64,000 bases of DNA. It comes from Epithemia pelagica. Its lineage: Eukaryota > Protista > Bacillariophyta. Shown piece after piece: positions 10,608-21,872 of this stretch; within the stretch, counting starts at the first letter, position 1; every line of letters begins with the position of its first letter. Position numbers and translations under genes: made by a program. Under the pieces are notes generated by a model. The model was not told the origin of the DNA. It saw only the letters and a program-made list of their open reading frames with translations, and ran no database searches. The DNA lies in NCBI GenBank assembly GCA_946965045.2, contig OX337241.1, positions 2,108,001 through 2,172,000 of the forward strand, written 5' to 3'.

Positions 10608-10918
10608 TTTTTGGGGGCCTATTTTCGGTCGGCAAATTCGTTGTTATGGACATGAGATGGCTGTTATATGCCATTGGAATAAGGTTCTCCATATATTAAA
10701 ATGTCTAAATCCAACGGATCATAACAGTGGTCTATGTTCCGTTGCGATGGAAATCGTCGTTGAATGAGGCGTTGTGGCTTTGGCATGAAATTTTCTCTAA
10801 GATTCGCCTTATATTTAACAAAAAACGCTACTACTCTTTTTCGTATAGTGAAATAAGAGGAATTCGGTGTGTGACATCGGGGCGAGTACGGCATGTCGGA
10901 ATCCACGCCGGGTCAGCT

Positions 10919-10943
10919 TTGGTAGGGAAGTGCTGCTATTGAA
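10919..10943 (-). repeat. Right TIR (reverse complement TTCAATAGCAGCACTTCCCTACCAA)
   Basis: 20/25 match to 1801-1825; the two terminal bases differ from CA. Confidence 0.55.
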
Positions 10944-11045
10944 CAATTAATTCCCAGCCGCTGAAACCGCGGTTTGCCATTGGTTGTTCTTTTGTTTTTT
11001 CGTTGTCTGTTGCTGTCGCTATAATAGGTTATGGGGGTGACTATA

Positions 11046-11886
11046 CTAGAGTTGGGGTGGGGTGGTCATGTGAGGAGTACGCGACATGGGGGTTATATGG
11101 GTGGGGGAATATCGTGTGGCCGGACAGACGGTGAAAACAGAAGATTTTTGGAGGCGGCAGAGTTTGCGTTGTTGGGCGAGATGAGTGTCGGTTGTGGAAA
11201 GGGCGTCGAGTACGTGTTGGGCCAACGCGGTAGTGATAGCATGGCCGAGGGTGAGCTTGGCATGGTGGGCAAGGGTCATCTGACGCGAAGAAGGGCCGGG
11301 AGGGGTGTGGGTCTGTGCTGTGTGGATGAGGTTGGAAGGAGCAAAGCGAAGATTTTGAAAAGCCAAAAAACCATCGGGGTGGGGAAGGCAGCGGTCAGAG
11401 CGTCCGAGTTGGGGGGTGGTCCAGGTGGGAGGGTGGGAGGGAGAGAGAGAATAGAAAGGTGGCTGTCCAAAGAAGAGGGTGTGGGCGAAGTTACCCAATC
11501 CTCCCAGGTGGTCGATGGAAAAAGGCAGAAGGAGGAGGTCGTTTGAGTTGATGAGGGCGGTGGTGGTGGTGTCAGTTTTGTCTTGTGGTGCTTTGGACAA
11601 GAAAAAAAATGGTCGCCATACGGATCGAGGCGGGGATGGGAGGGGCAGAAACAATTGGAGGGGAAGTGGGAAGGAAGGAAAGGGATGCGGAGTTTCCGAC
11701 TGATGGCGATTTCAAACAGGGGATTGGAAATGCGAAAGTGGTTGAGGAAACGAGGTTGATGCAGTGGAGCGCCAGTGAGTGGAGACAGGGCAGAGGGGAG
11801 GGAACGACGGAGTTGGGGTGGAGTAGATGCAACAATCAAAGGGAGAAGATGAGTCTCCTGGTTATCGAGGGCGAGCTGGTGCTGGG
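11046..11886 (-). pseudogene. 3' part of the CRE-like ORF (CCHC-like knuckle and end of endonuclease region, internal deletion near 11575)
   Basis: CFCPSHPRLDPYGDHFFSCPKHHKTKL followed by a frame change to INSNDLLLLPFSIDHLGGLG; the intervening PD..D endonuclease core is not visible. Confidence 0.7.
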
Positions 11887-12669
11887 TGTTAGAATTCTCA
11901 CCGTCTATGGTGGTAAGATTCTACATCTCATCGATTCCCCATGTCACATAGCCTCGTGCTATCGCATCATGCCATCTAGCTTCGAGCTATGTTCCCTAGC
12001 TTCGCGCTATATCGACCTATATTTCTTCGCAAATCATGAAAAGTGAGAATAGATTGACGAACTCACTCTCAAGACTAAACTGGGTCGTGCGGTATTACAA
12101 CGGACATAAATTTGGCCGTTGCTCGGACATTATACTAACACCCTAAGCGTACGCGCCCGAAATCATCGAGCGCGCCCAAGCGACATCCGAGCGCTGTCGG
12201 CATCTATCCGACCCAACGGTCTAAGTATCCCAAGCACGACACACGATCACGCGAGACCATATTTCCATTCCCACAATCTCCAAATTGTCAACAAGTTGCG
12301 CGCCATGAAAACAACTATGCCAACCCAAAGCAAGAGCTGTTGACCCTGTATATGTTATCCGTCCACATATACATGTCATATACATCACATGAATTGACTC
12401 CAACTATTCCAAACCTGTTGCCGCCAAGAACCTATGATACATGACCCTTGGCAGGACCGAACATTTCACGTAGACCTATCGTAGTAATCAACACACAATC
12501 TAACAATATCACCATTTATCACATCTTCTTTTGTGTCCCGACTATCCTTCTGATAGACTTCGACTTGCTTGCTTCTCTGACCCTGAGAAGCTTGTATCGG
12601 TTGGTGACCTACCTGATTGTCTGCTCTACCGAGCATCAATGTCCCTACGATTCAGAAAGAATTGTAACA
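11887..12669 (+). repeat. 5' LTR, family A copy 1 (783 bp)
   Basis: TGTTAGAATTC..GAATTGTAACA; only a handful of differences from the 3' LTR. Confidence 0.97.
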
Positions 12670-12683
12670 GATTAACAGTCTCA
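12670..12683 (+). promoter_or_regulatory. Putative primer-binding site GATTAACAGTCTCA (complement of a tRNA-Asn GTT anticodon arm)
   Basis: Abuts the 5' LTR; identical 14-mer at 51956-51969 and, inverted, at 39696-39709. Confidence 0.7.
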
Positions 12684-12705
12684 AAGCTTATTTCCTTGTG
12701 GTTTC

Positions 12706-13485
12706 ATGGATACTAACAAGCTTATCACTCCTGTACGACAGATCTATCGAGCCAACCTGCATCCGGGGCAGCCCAATACCCTGGTGTAGCAGGAACTGGT
12801 GCCGACGCCGAAGGCAGCCAACACATCGGTCAACATCTCCGTCGACAGTTCCAACAGCAACCCATTCGAGACTCCAACCCAGCCTCACGCTCCGATCCCT
12901 GCGCCGTTGCTTCGGCCCCCGAGTCCGCCTCGTCGGCTTGTCCCTTCTCGATCCCGTCGTACCACCCGGTTGATTGCTGATCATATCAAGTACTTCCGCC
13001 AACCAACTTGTTCGACCTTCGATCCCGAGATCATCCGTGGGGAGACCCAGATCGAACGCCAGTTCCAATCGGTGACCCACATCGTCGACCAAGAAGACAT
13101 TGACCGTCTGAACGACCAACTTCACCGTTCTCCGAGGCGTCGCCTCATCTTGGCCGCCCTCTCGGGCAACCCCATCCGTACTGTCCACCTCCGCTTCCTA
13201 ACCTTCGAGCGCCCAACTGGATACTACAATACCATCCACGTCGTGAACGCGACGACTTGCCCTCTGCCTCCTAACGTTGTACGCCTAGATAACTACGTTG
13301 CCTACATCCACGAGGTCCATACCATCGAGGACCATCGTGCAACTATCTACCCTTTGCGTACCGAGGTCGAGAACCACCTGGCTGAAGGTGATACCCCTTC
13401 TTCTGTTGCTTGTGCTGCCCCATCTGAGCCTGGAAACGACTCTGATTATTCGGAAGAGAGTGGGGATTCGGAGACCGAAGCTTAA
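12706..13485 (+). pseudogene. Accessory ORF upstream of gag, with TAG at codon 28 (12787-12789)
   Basis: The intact 259-aa copy at 51992-52771 has CAG at this position. Confidence 0.85.
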
Positions 13486-13521
13486 TTACTCATAGTTAAC
13501 TCCCGTCCTCTCAAAACCTTT

Positions 13522-13810
13522 CCAAGACTTAAACTCAACGCACATCCGGGTACCCGTGGTCGCACAACACGCCACACATTCCCGTCAAATCGCGAAAATT
13601 CGGCGAAAATTTGTTGAAACTCGGCGAAAATTTGTCGGAATCAACGGAAATTTCCAGGAGTCGCACATCACAACACACATCCGGGTATCACATACGTGGT
13701 ACATACGTGGCACACGTGGTACATCCGGGTTCACATCACATCACACATTAAATAAACCACATCACACCGCACATTAAATAAACATCGAACCAACCAAATA
13801 ACACCATGGA
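13522..13810 (+). promoter_or_regulatory. 289-bp repeat-rich spacer before gag (putative internal promoter, IRES or packaging element)
   Basis: Repeats ACATCCGGG x3, CGGCGAAAATTT x2, ACGTGG x3, CACATTAAATAAAC x2; near-identical in families A and B. Function is inferred. Confidence 0.55.
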
Positions 13811-16800
13811 TCCTCAATCACCCAAGACACCTACGACTCCTAAAGAAGAAGATAACCAAGACAATGTCTCAAACACAGACCTATTCGACCACATCATATT
13901 TACTGTCTGCCAATTCTTTACCAAAGAAAGGGCCGACTACTTAATGAAGTGGATGAAATACCATGGTTTTGAGAACATTACCCATGTTATCTCGTATATG
14001 CAAACTAATACCGAGGAATCCATGAAGGAACTGACACAATATAAGGTCAACAAACAGACACATGATCTACAAGGCCCCACAAGACAGCAGATCAAGCTCT
14101 TGGCTTATTGGGCCATATACAAGACCAATGAAATTCAAGACGAGCTATCCAATAGCGACTGGATGAACCTAACGAGGAAAGAGTTCAACACTTGGAGGAT
14201 CAACACAGATTTCTCTAAGGGACCACCTAGCCAAGTCCCAGTCTCGCCAATGAAGTCACCGTCATCTGTGAAATCTGTCAGCACAGTTACTGCCGCATCC
14301 CAATCTGAACAAGACCTTACAGCATTCAGAAAGGGAACTAAGCGCGACGCAACTGCATATGAGGTATTCAAGGATGAACGATACTACGATTCATTCTGGC
14401 GTGTATTCAGGACTACAGCTAAGGCTCAAGGCCTATCCAACGTTCTGACTTTCAAATACACACCACCCCATGATGATGAGTATGCCGAGGAACTTTTTCA
14501 AGAGCAACAAGTATTTCTTTACTCCGTTCTTGTCCGTATCATTCAGACTGACCAAGGTCGAGCCTATGTACGTGAACATGAACATGATGAAGATGCGCGT
14601 GCTGTATTGCAGAAGTTACACTCTTTGCATACCGAATCCGACCTAGCAAAGCGAGAAGTCCTCCGTTTAACCAACTACATTTCCAATCTACGTCTTGACG
14701 ACACATGGCGCGGAACAACACGTCAATTTCTTCTACACTTTCAAGAGCAGCTACGTTTGCTAGACAATCTAGTGACATTGTCTGATCGCATCCCTGATCA
14801 TACCAGGATGACCTTCCTCATGCAAGCTGTAGAAAAGGTACCTGATCTCCGCCGAGTCAAGATCTTGGATAATGTGGTGAACACCAAATCCGGTGCAAAA
14901 TCCCTTTGCTATCAATCATACTTCCGTCTCCTTCTAGACGCAGCTTATGACCATGATCAAGCAACCCAGTCATCTGTTCATAGTCGCCGTCGACATGTCA
15001 AACAACATGAATCACTATATGGCCAAGATACAGATGCTGACATAACCTCACAAGATGATATGGAGTATCATGTCCACAACACCAAAGCGACATCTGAATC
15101 TCCATCCTCTCCGTCCAAGGTTAGTCTACCGCGTGACCTATGGTTCAAACTTTCTGAAGAAGATCGCAAGTTGATCATTGAGTATAACAAGATGATTCAA
15201 GCACCTTCATCAACAACACCGAGGAAAGTGCAAACACATGCCCTCGACATTGATCCGGAACCTGATCCTGACCCCAACCAAGTTGCATCTGATGACGACT
15301 CACCTGGCGTAGCCCCTGAGCATCCAGATGATTCAGATCCGGTTACACAATTTATCAACCAAGCCATGACGACTGATATCAATCACCCGGCAACTGACCT
15401 GACTAGTGTTCTTTCTAACGCCAAGTCCAAGACGAGCAAGAAGGTTACTTTCAAAGCCAACATGCATAAACAAGCAGGACATGTTCCACGCTATTTGTTT
15501 TCCAGGAAATCTACTTTACCAGGAAATCAATTGATTGACCGTGGTGCTAATGGAGGACTTGCTGGTTCTGACATGCGCATCCTTTCTAAGACTGGCCGCC
15601 ATATCACTATTGTGGGTATTGATAACCATGAACTTACTGGACTTCCTGTCGTCACATGTGCCGCAAAGTTTGAGACCAATGATGGACCTATTGTCGGCAT
15701 CTTCAATGAATATGCTTATTATGGAAAGGGCTTATCTATCCATGCTCCTGGTCAATTCGAGCATTTCGGACTTGCTGTTGATGAACGATCTGTTAAAGTT
15801 GATGGTAAACAACGCATCACTACACTTGATGGTCGTGCTATACCCCTTCACATCAAGGATGGGTTAGCCTACATCCACTCCTTGGGTATCCCCAGCGACG
15901 ATGACATGGATACCTTACCTCAGATCATCTTCACGTCACCCGACACATGGGATCCTGGTGTTCTGGACCATTCGTATTCTCCCACACCCTCTGACAATGA
16001 TTCTGATTGGAAACACGTCAAGACTGATGGTAGTATGTCGAACCATCCATATGACAACTATGGGGAGTACACTGATCGTGTTGTTTGTAACCTCAATCTC
16101 CTTTTGGATCTCCCATACGATCATGGACCTGACGACGCACCCTTCTTTTCTATCTATGCTGACGCAGAAGGTAATGATCCTACACTTCATGCCTCTGTCC
16201 ACCGTCGTTACCAGGAAGCGTATGACTGGAAGAAGTTCCGTCCATTCTTTGGTTGGCAATCTGAAGATGTTATTGCCGATACGTTCAAGCACACTACACG
16301 TAATGGTAGCATTACTTTTGACCACGACACCCTCAAGAAACATTTCAAGGCTTGCAATCCGATCCTTAATATACCTCGACGCCATGAACCCGTTGCTACT
16401 GACTCGGTTTTCTCCGACACCCCTGCTGTTGACCATGGCGGTAAAGTTGCACAAATCTTTGTTGGTCGAGATACTCTGGTTACTGATATCTATGGGATCA
16501 AGTCAACCAAACAGTTTGTCAATACTCTTCAGGACAACATCCGGTTTCGCGGTGCCATGGAGACTCTTATCAGTGATGGTGGTTCATCTCTCATCTCTCA
16601 AAAGGTCAAAGACATTCTTCGCACTTTGCTTATTGGGGAGTATCGATCCGAACCTTATCATCAACACCAGAATAAGGCTGAAAACCGTTACCAGACCGTT
16701 AAACGTATGACCAACGCTCTCATGAATGCCACTGGTTGCCCTGCCAACACCTGGCTTCTTTGCCTTGAGTATGTCTGTGACTTATTGAACCATACATCAT

Positions 16801-19800
16801 CACCCACCCATTCCGGTCGCACTCCTCTTGAGGCTCTCTCCGGACGCCCACCCGACATTACTCATCTCTTGTTCTTTCCTTTCTGGGATGAGGTTTACTA
16901 CCGTGTCGACCCCGCTGAACCCAATTCCGGTTCATATCCATCTTCTTCTGATGAGAAACTTGGCCACTGGGTTGGTTTTGCTCACAACGTTGGTGATTCT
17001 TTTACTTGGAAGATTCTCACCCAGGATAACCAGATAATCTACCGTTCTGCCGTTCGCCGTGTTGCATCCACTACACCTAACCTACGTGTGGATCGACCTT
17101 CAGGGGAGGATTCGTCTGAGAAGGATGACAATGATAAGCAAGCTGACACTGTCTTCATTCGCAGTGATAGTGAAGATCCATCCAAACCAATGCCCACGAT
17201 CGATTTTGACGACATGATAGGACGCACATTCCTATGCGACACAGAAGAAAATGGGGAGCGACACCGTGCACGTGTCATCAAACGAGTCATTGATCTTAAT
17301 GAAGAAGCAACGAAACAGGAAGAACGTGTCAAGTACATCTACCGAAAGACAAATTCTGATGTTGATGAGATGATATCCTATAATCAACTCATGGAGTATA
17401 TCGAACAAGATAACCAAGCTCAAACCTCTGGAGATAATCTTTTCAGGTTCAGGGACGTCATTGCCCATCAAGGCCCACTGAACACAACTGATCCAGATTA
17501 CAAGGGGAGCAAATATAATTTGCTTGTTGATTGGGAAACTGGGGAGACTACCTATGAACCTTTATCACTCATCGCCAATGATGATCCGATCACTGTAGCA
17601 ATTTATGGAAAGAAACATGGTTTACTCAACGAACCTGGATGGAAGCATTTGAAACGTTATGTCAAAACAAGCAAACGTCTCATTCGAGCAGCCAAACAGT
17701 CAAGGATTAAACAAGTTCACCATTCCGTCAAGTATAAGTTTGGATTCCAAGTACCGCGCAATTATGAGGAAGCTGTCGCTCTTGATAAACAACATGGCAA
17801 CACAAGGTGGCAGGATGCAACAGAATTAGAATTGTCACAGATCCAGTCCTACAAGACATTCAAGGATTTTGGGAAAGCCATCTTCATTAAAGGGAAAGTA
17901 TCCAATGCACCTGAAGGATATCATAAGATACGTGTACATCTTGTCTTTGACGTAAAACATGATGGACGACATAAAGCAAGACTTGTCGCAGATGGACATT
18001 TCACAAAAGAACCTGTTGAGACAATCTATTTAGGTGTTGTTTCCATTCGCAACCTCCGCATTGCCTTATTCCTGGGTACTTTGAATGACTTGGAAATATG
18101 GGGAGCAGATATTGGAAACGCATATCTGGAAGCCTTGACAGGGGAGAAAATTTTCATTGTCGCAGGACCTGAATTCAAGGAATTAGAAGGTCACATCCTG
18201 ATTATATACAAGGCACTTTATGGATTGAAGTCATCAGGCGCACGCTGGCATGATGTCTTATTCGATGTTTTGACAGACATGGGATTTTCACCAAGCAAAG
18301 CAGATCCGGATATCTGGATGAGGAAAGCACCTGGAGAAGACTGTTACGAATACATTGCCGTATACGTTGATGACTTAGCCATTATTTCTACTGATCCTGG
18401 GAATATCTGCAAGATCCTGAAGGAGAAATACAACTTCAAACTCAAAGGAGATGGACCTATTGATTTCCACTTGGGATGTTGTTACACCAAGGATTCTGAT
18501 GGAACATTAGTAGCAGATCCAAGACGCTACATTGGTAAGATGATGGACACTTTCGAACGAATCTTCAAGGAGAAACCCAAGAAAGCCAAAACACCTCTTA
18601 TTGGTGGAGACCATCCTGAATTGGATGATTCTGAGCTCCTTGATGAAGAAGGTACTAGCCATTTCCAAACTCTGATTGGACAACTCCAATGGGTGATCAC
18701 TATTGGTCGTTTCGATGTCTTCACCGCTACAATGACGCTATCACGCTTTCGTGCTGCTCCGAGGAAAGGACATCTTGATAGAGCCAAGCGTATCTATGGA
18801 TACCTTGCACATCTCCCAGAAGGCGCAATCAGATTTAGGATTGGAGAGCCTGATTATTCAAGTCTTCCTACCCAAGAATTTGATTGGACTCGCACTGTCT
18901 ATTCGAATGCAAGTGAACGTATTCCTGAAGACTGCCCAACACCTCTTGGCCGCTATGTTACCACAACTCATTATGTTGATGCCAATCTCATGCATGACAT
19001 AGTCACTGGTAAATCCGTCACTGCTGTTCTACATTTGTTGAACGGAACACCTATTGACTGGTACAGCAAGAGACAGAGCACGGTGGAAACTGCTACCTAT
19101 GGATCCGAGTTTGTGGCTGCAAGGACAGCAATAGATCAGATTACAGAATTACGACATTCTCTCCGCTACCTTGGAGTACCTATCCGAGAGCGAAGTTACA
19201 TGTACGGAGATAACAGATCTGTTGTGCTCAATGCAACCGTTCCTCATTCCATACTATCCAAGAGACACCATCTTCTGTCATACCACCGAGTTCGTGAAGC
19301 CATCGCAGCAAAGTATGTTGCATTCTACCGTTGGTCCTCGGAGGGGATGTAGGATCCCAGCACGTGCCTAGTTACAATAGCCCAAAATATTACTGTAGCT
19401 CGTTTTTATAGTTAGCGTATATAAGTAATATTAGATGAAAATTAAGCGGGCCAAAATGTGAGCGCACGAACGAGACACAACAGAGAGAGCAAAGTAACAC
19501 GACAACAATCCAACAGCACAAGAGGTAAAAACAACACAACAATGGAACCAACAGCACAACAAAGCAAGCACAGGGACAATCAGTGCAAGGCAAGGCAACA
19601 CAACAACCAACCACAATGAGCACAGGGACAACCAAAGCAACACAACAACCAACCACCGCGAGCACAGGGACAACCAAAGCGACACAACAACCAACCAAAG
19701 CAAGCACCGGGACAACCAAAGCAACACAACACCAAACACAGCAATCAAAGAGACAGGAAACAGGGCAGGGCAACCACATCAACAAAGGCAAGGCAACCAA

Positions 19801-19911
19801 CAAGCAACATAGGAAGACAACAAGCAACAACACAATCAGCCAACCGAAGACACAGAGAAACACAACAACCAACCAAAGTCACAGTCAAAGGTCCAACAGT
19901 TCAAGAACAAC

Positions 19912-19951
<40 letters not shown>

Positions 19952-21095
19952 AACAACCAAGCAGTGGAACAGGAAGAACATGAACCATCCACAGATACCA
20001 CAAGAGCCAACAAACCCCAACCAGCCGAAGCAAGGACACAGCATCAGACCATTCACCAGAAACAAAACAAAGAACAAGACATGGTTAGAGATGCCATGGA
20101 TTAAGATGCAGCAATCAAACAAAAACAGGAGGTGGAACATACCTATTGGAAGCAGGAAGATTTTGTTGGAAGAAAAAAGGGAGATTCTGCTCGTCCATGT
20201 GCTGTAACAAAGTAGAAAGCACATCTGTTAGTAACAAGAGCATTAAGAATGGTAAGAGAAGGATCAGACTGCACTTACTTTGATTGCTGGATGCCTGCCA
20301 TGGATGTTTGTGTCCATGGTCATCCACCGAATGCAAATTTTGATCGAACGAGGAAAAATGAGACGAGAGATGGAATGAGAAACCTGCCACAGTGACAGTG
20401 TGGCCCGTAATCCGCACGTAGAAGCAGTACAAAGAAAATGCGACCGGAGAATGCTGGCGCGCACAAATTCAGACGTGCGTGACACATGACCCGGTCACAA
20501 GTCATAAGCAATGATTGACGGTCGGTTGGGGTAGACACGATCAATCTAATTAGCAACCATCTTCTTAAGTAGCTCTGCCTAAGTGATTAGGAAAGTGCCT
20601 AAGTATCAGAATCTTACATCTAAGTAGGTCTATTATATCGGATTGTTGTCGGCATGTGGAATGTCTAAGAACTAAGATTACTTAGTCCCCTCCTCGGACG
20701 CAACGGAAGCGCACGACATCTGCTCCTCGTTGTGAGTCTCGTCGGGGGCACTTCTCGGGGCCTAGCTCCTCGGCGGGCAATAGGTCCTCGTCGTGTACTG
20801 CCCCAAATCCACTTAACGTGGATTTGATAGGGCAGTACACTCCTCGGACCTATTGCCCTTCTCGGAGTTAGGCACCCTCGTCGTGCCTCCCTCCTCGTCT
20901 CACTCCTCGGAGCAGATGTAGAACTACTACTGGAAAGATGGAAAGACCAACCCTGCCGATATCCTTAGCAAACATTGGGATTTCGTATCTATTTGGCCCA
21001 TGCTCAAGCCATTGTTGTTTTGGAAAGGAGAAGTTCAAGACCTCAACAAATCCAATGATGACAAGGCTGAAACGACGAGTTGTGGGGAGTGTTAG
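13806..21095 (+). CDS. Copia gag-pol polyprotein interrupted at 19328 by a 1.6-kb insertion
   Basis: PR (IDRGANGG), IN (DSVFSD..SDGG..AENRY), RT (YVDDL), RH (YVDANL..GSEF..GDN); frame resumes at 20931 (WKDGKTNPAD) and ends in the LTR. Confidence 0.95.
19568..19745 (+). repeat. 42-bp minisatellite (3 units plus 1 degenerate)
   Basis: gcac(a/c)gggacaaccaaagc(a/g)acacaac.. at 19620, 19662 and 19704; degenerate unit at 19568. Confidence 0.9.
19915..19948. repeat. (AG)n microsatellite
   Basis: About 17 AG units. Confidence 0.97.
20716..20919. repeat. 204-nt imperfect hairpin with periodic pyrimidine internal loops
   Basis: Stems acatctgctcc/ggagcagatgt, gtgag/ctcac, gcctagctcc/ggagttaggc, gggcaataggtcc/ggacctattgccc, gtgtactgccc/gggcagtacac, caaatccac/gtggatttg; terminal loop ttaac. 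Confidence 0.95.
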
Positions 21096-21872
21096 AATTC
21101 TCACCGTCTATGGTGGTTAGATTCTACATCTCATCGATTCCCCATGTCACATAGCCTCGTGCTATCGCATCATGCCATCTAGCTTCGAGCTATGTTCCCT
21201 AGCTTCGCGCTATATCGACCCATTTTTCTTCGCAAATCATGAAAAGTGAGAATAGATTGACAAACTCACTCTCAAGACTAAACTGGGTCGTGCGGTATTA
21301 CAACGGACATAAATTTGGCCGTTGCTCGGACATTATACTAACACCCTAAGCGTACGCGCCCGAAATCATCGAGCGCGCCCAAGCGACATCCGAGCGCTGT
21401 CGGCATCTATCCGACCCAACGGTCTAAGTATCCCAAGCACGACACACGATCACGCGAGACCATATTTCCATTCCCACAATCTCCAAATTGTCAACAAGTT
21501 GCGCGCCATGAAAACAACTATGCCAACCCAAAGCAAGAGCTGTTGACCCTGTATATGTTATCCGTCCACATATACATGTCATATACATCACATGAATTGA
21601 CTCCAACTATTCCAAACCTGTTGCCGCCAAGAACCTATGATACATGACCCTTGGCAGGACCGAACATTTCACGTAGACCTATCGTAGTAATCAACATACA
21701 ATCTAACAATATCACCATTTATCACATCTTCTTTTGTGTCCCGACTATCCTTCTGATAGACTTCGACTTGCTTGCTTCTCTGACCCTGAGAAGCTTGTAT
21801 CGGTTGGTGACCTACCTGATTGTCTGCTCTACCGAGCATCAATGTCCCTACGATTCAGAAAGAATTGTAACA
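21090..21872 (+). repeat. 3' LTR, family A copy 1
   Basis: 783 bp, preceded by GGGGAG and followed by TSD CTGGG. Confidence 0.97.

Larger units (their letters stand above)
1801..10943 (-). mobile_element. Transib/RAG1-like DNA transposon with imperfect 25-bp TIRs, two convergent genes and a nested YR cassette
   Basis: RAG1-core motifs in 6619-10338; inverted repeats at 1801-1825 and 10919-10943 match 20/25; left end begins CACAATAG. No TSD found and the right end reads TTCAATAG, so boundaries are provisional. Confidence 0.62.
19329..20926. mobile_element. 1.6-kb non-autonomous insertion with terminal hairpin and imperfect terminal direct repeats
   Basis: Absent from the sister copy (GCATTCTAC|TGGAAAG at ~58615); CTAC duplicated at 19325-19328 and 20927-20930; ends share TCCTCGGAG..GATGTAG.A; no TIR and no transposase. 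Confidence 0.88.
11887..21872 (+). mobile_element. Ty1/copia (CoDi-like) LTR retrotransposon, family A copy 1
   Basis: 783-bp LTRs TG..CA at 11887-12669 and 21090-21872, 5-bp TSD CTGGG (11882-11886, 21873-21877), gag-PR-IN-RT-RH order, PPT GGGGAG. Confidence 0.97.

Noticed and set aside
1796-10948. 5-bp TSD around the RAG1-like element
   Set aside because: Flanks are TGCTG and CAATT; no duplication, so none is claimed.
12670-12683. tRNA gene at the PBS
   Set aside because: Only a 14-nt antisense match to an anticodon arm; no cloverleaf. No tRNA or rRNA genes were recognised anywhere in the window.
12119-12716. Small ORFs inside the copia LTRs (repeated in each LTR copy)
   Set aside because: Repeated only because the LTR is repeated; mostly non-ATG starts and not conserved in the family B LTR.
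19568-19745. 42-bp periodic repeats as a CRISPR array
   Set aside because: Units are contiguous minisatellite copies without unique spacers; no cas genes; eukaryotic context.
19390-20104. 173-aa Thr/Gln-rich ORF and Cys/Val-rich antisense ORF in the 1.6-kb insert
   Set aside because: Translation products of the minisatellite and (AG)n tract; no evidence of coding constraint.
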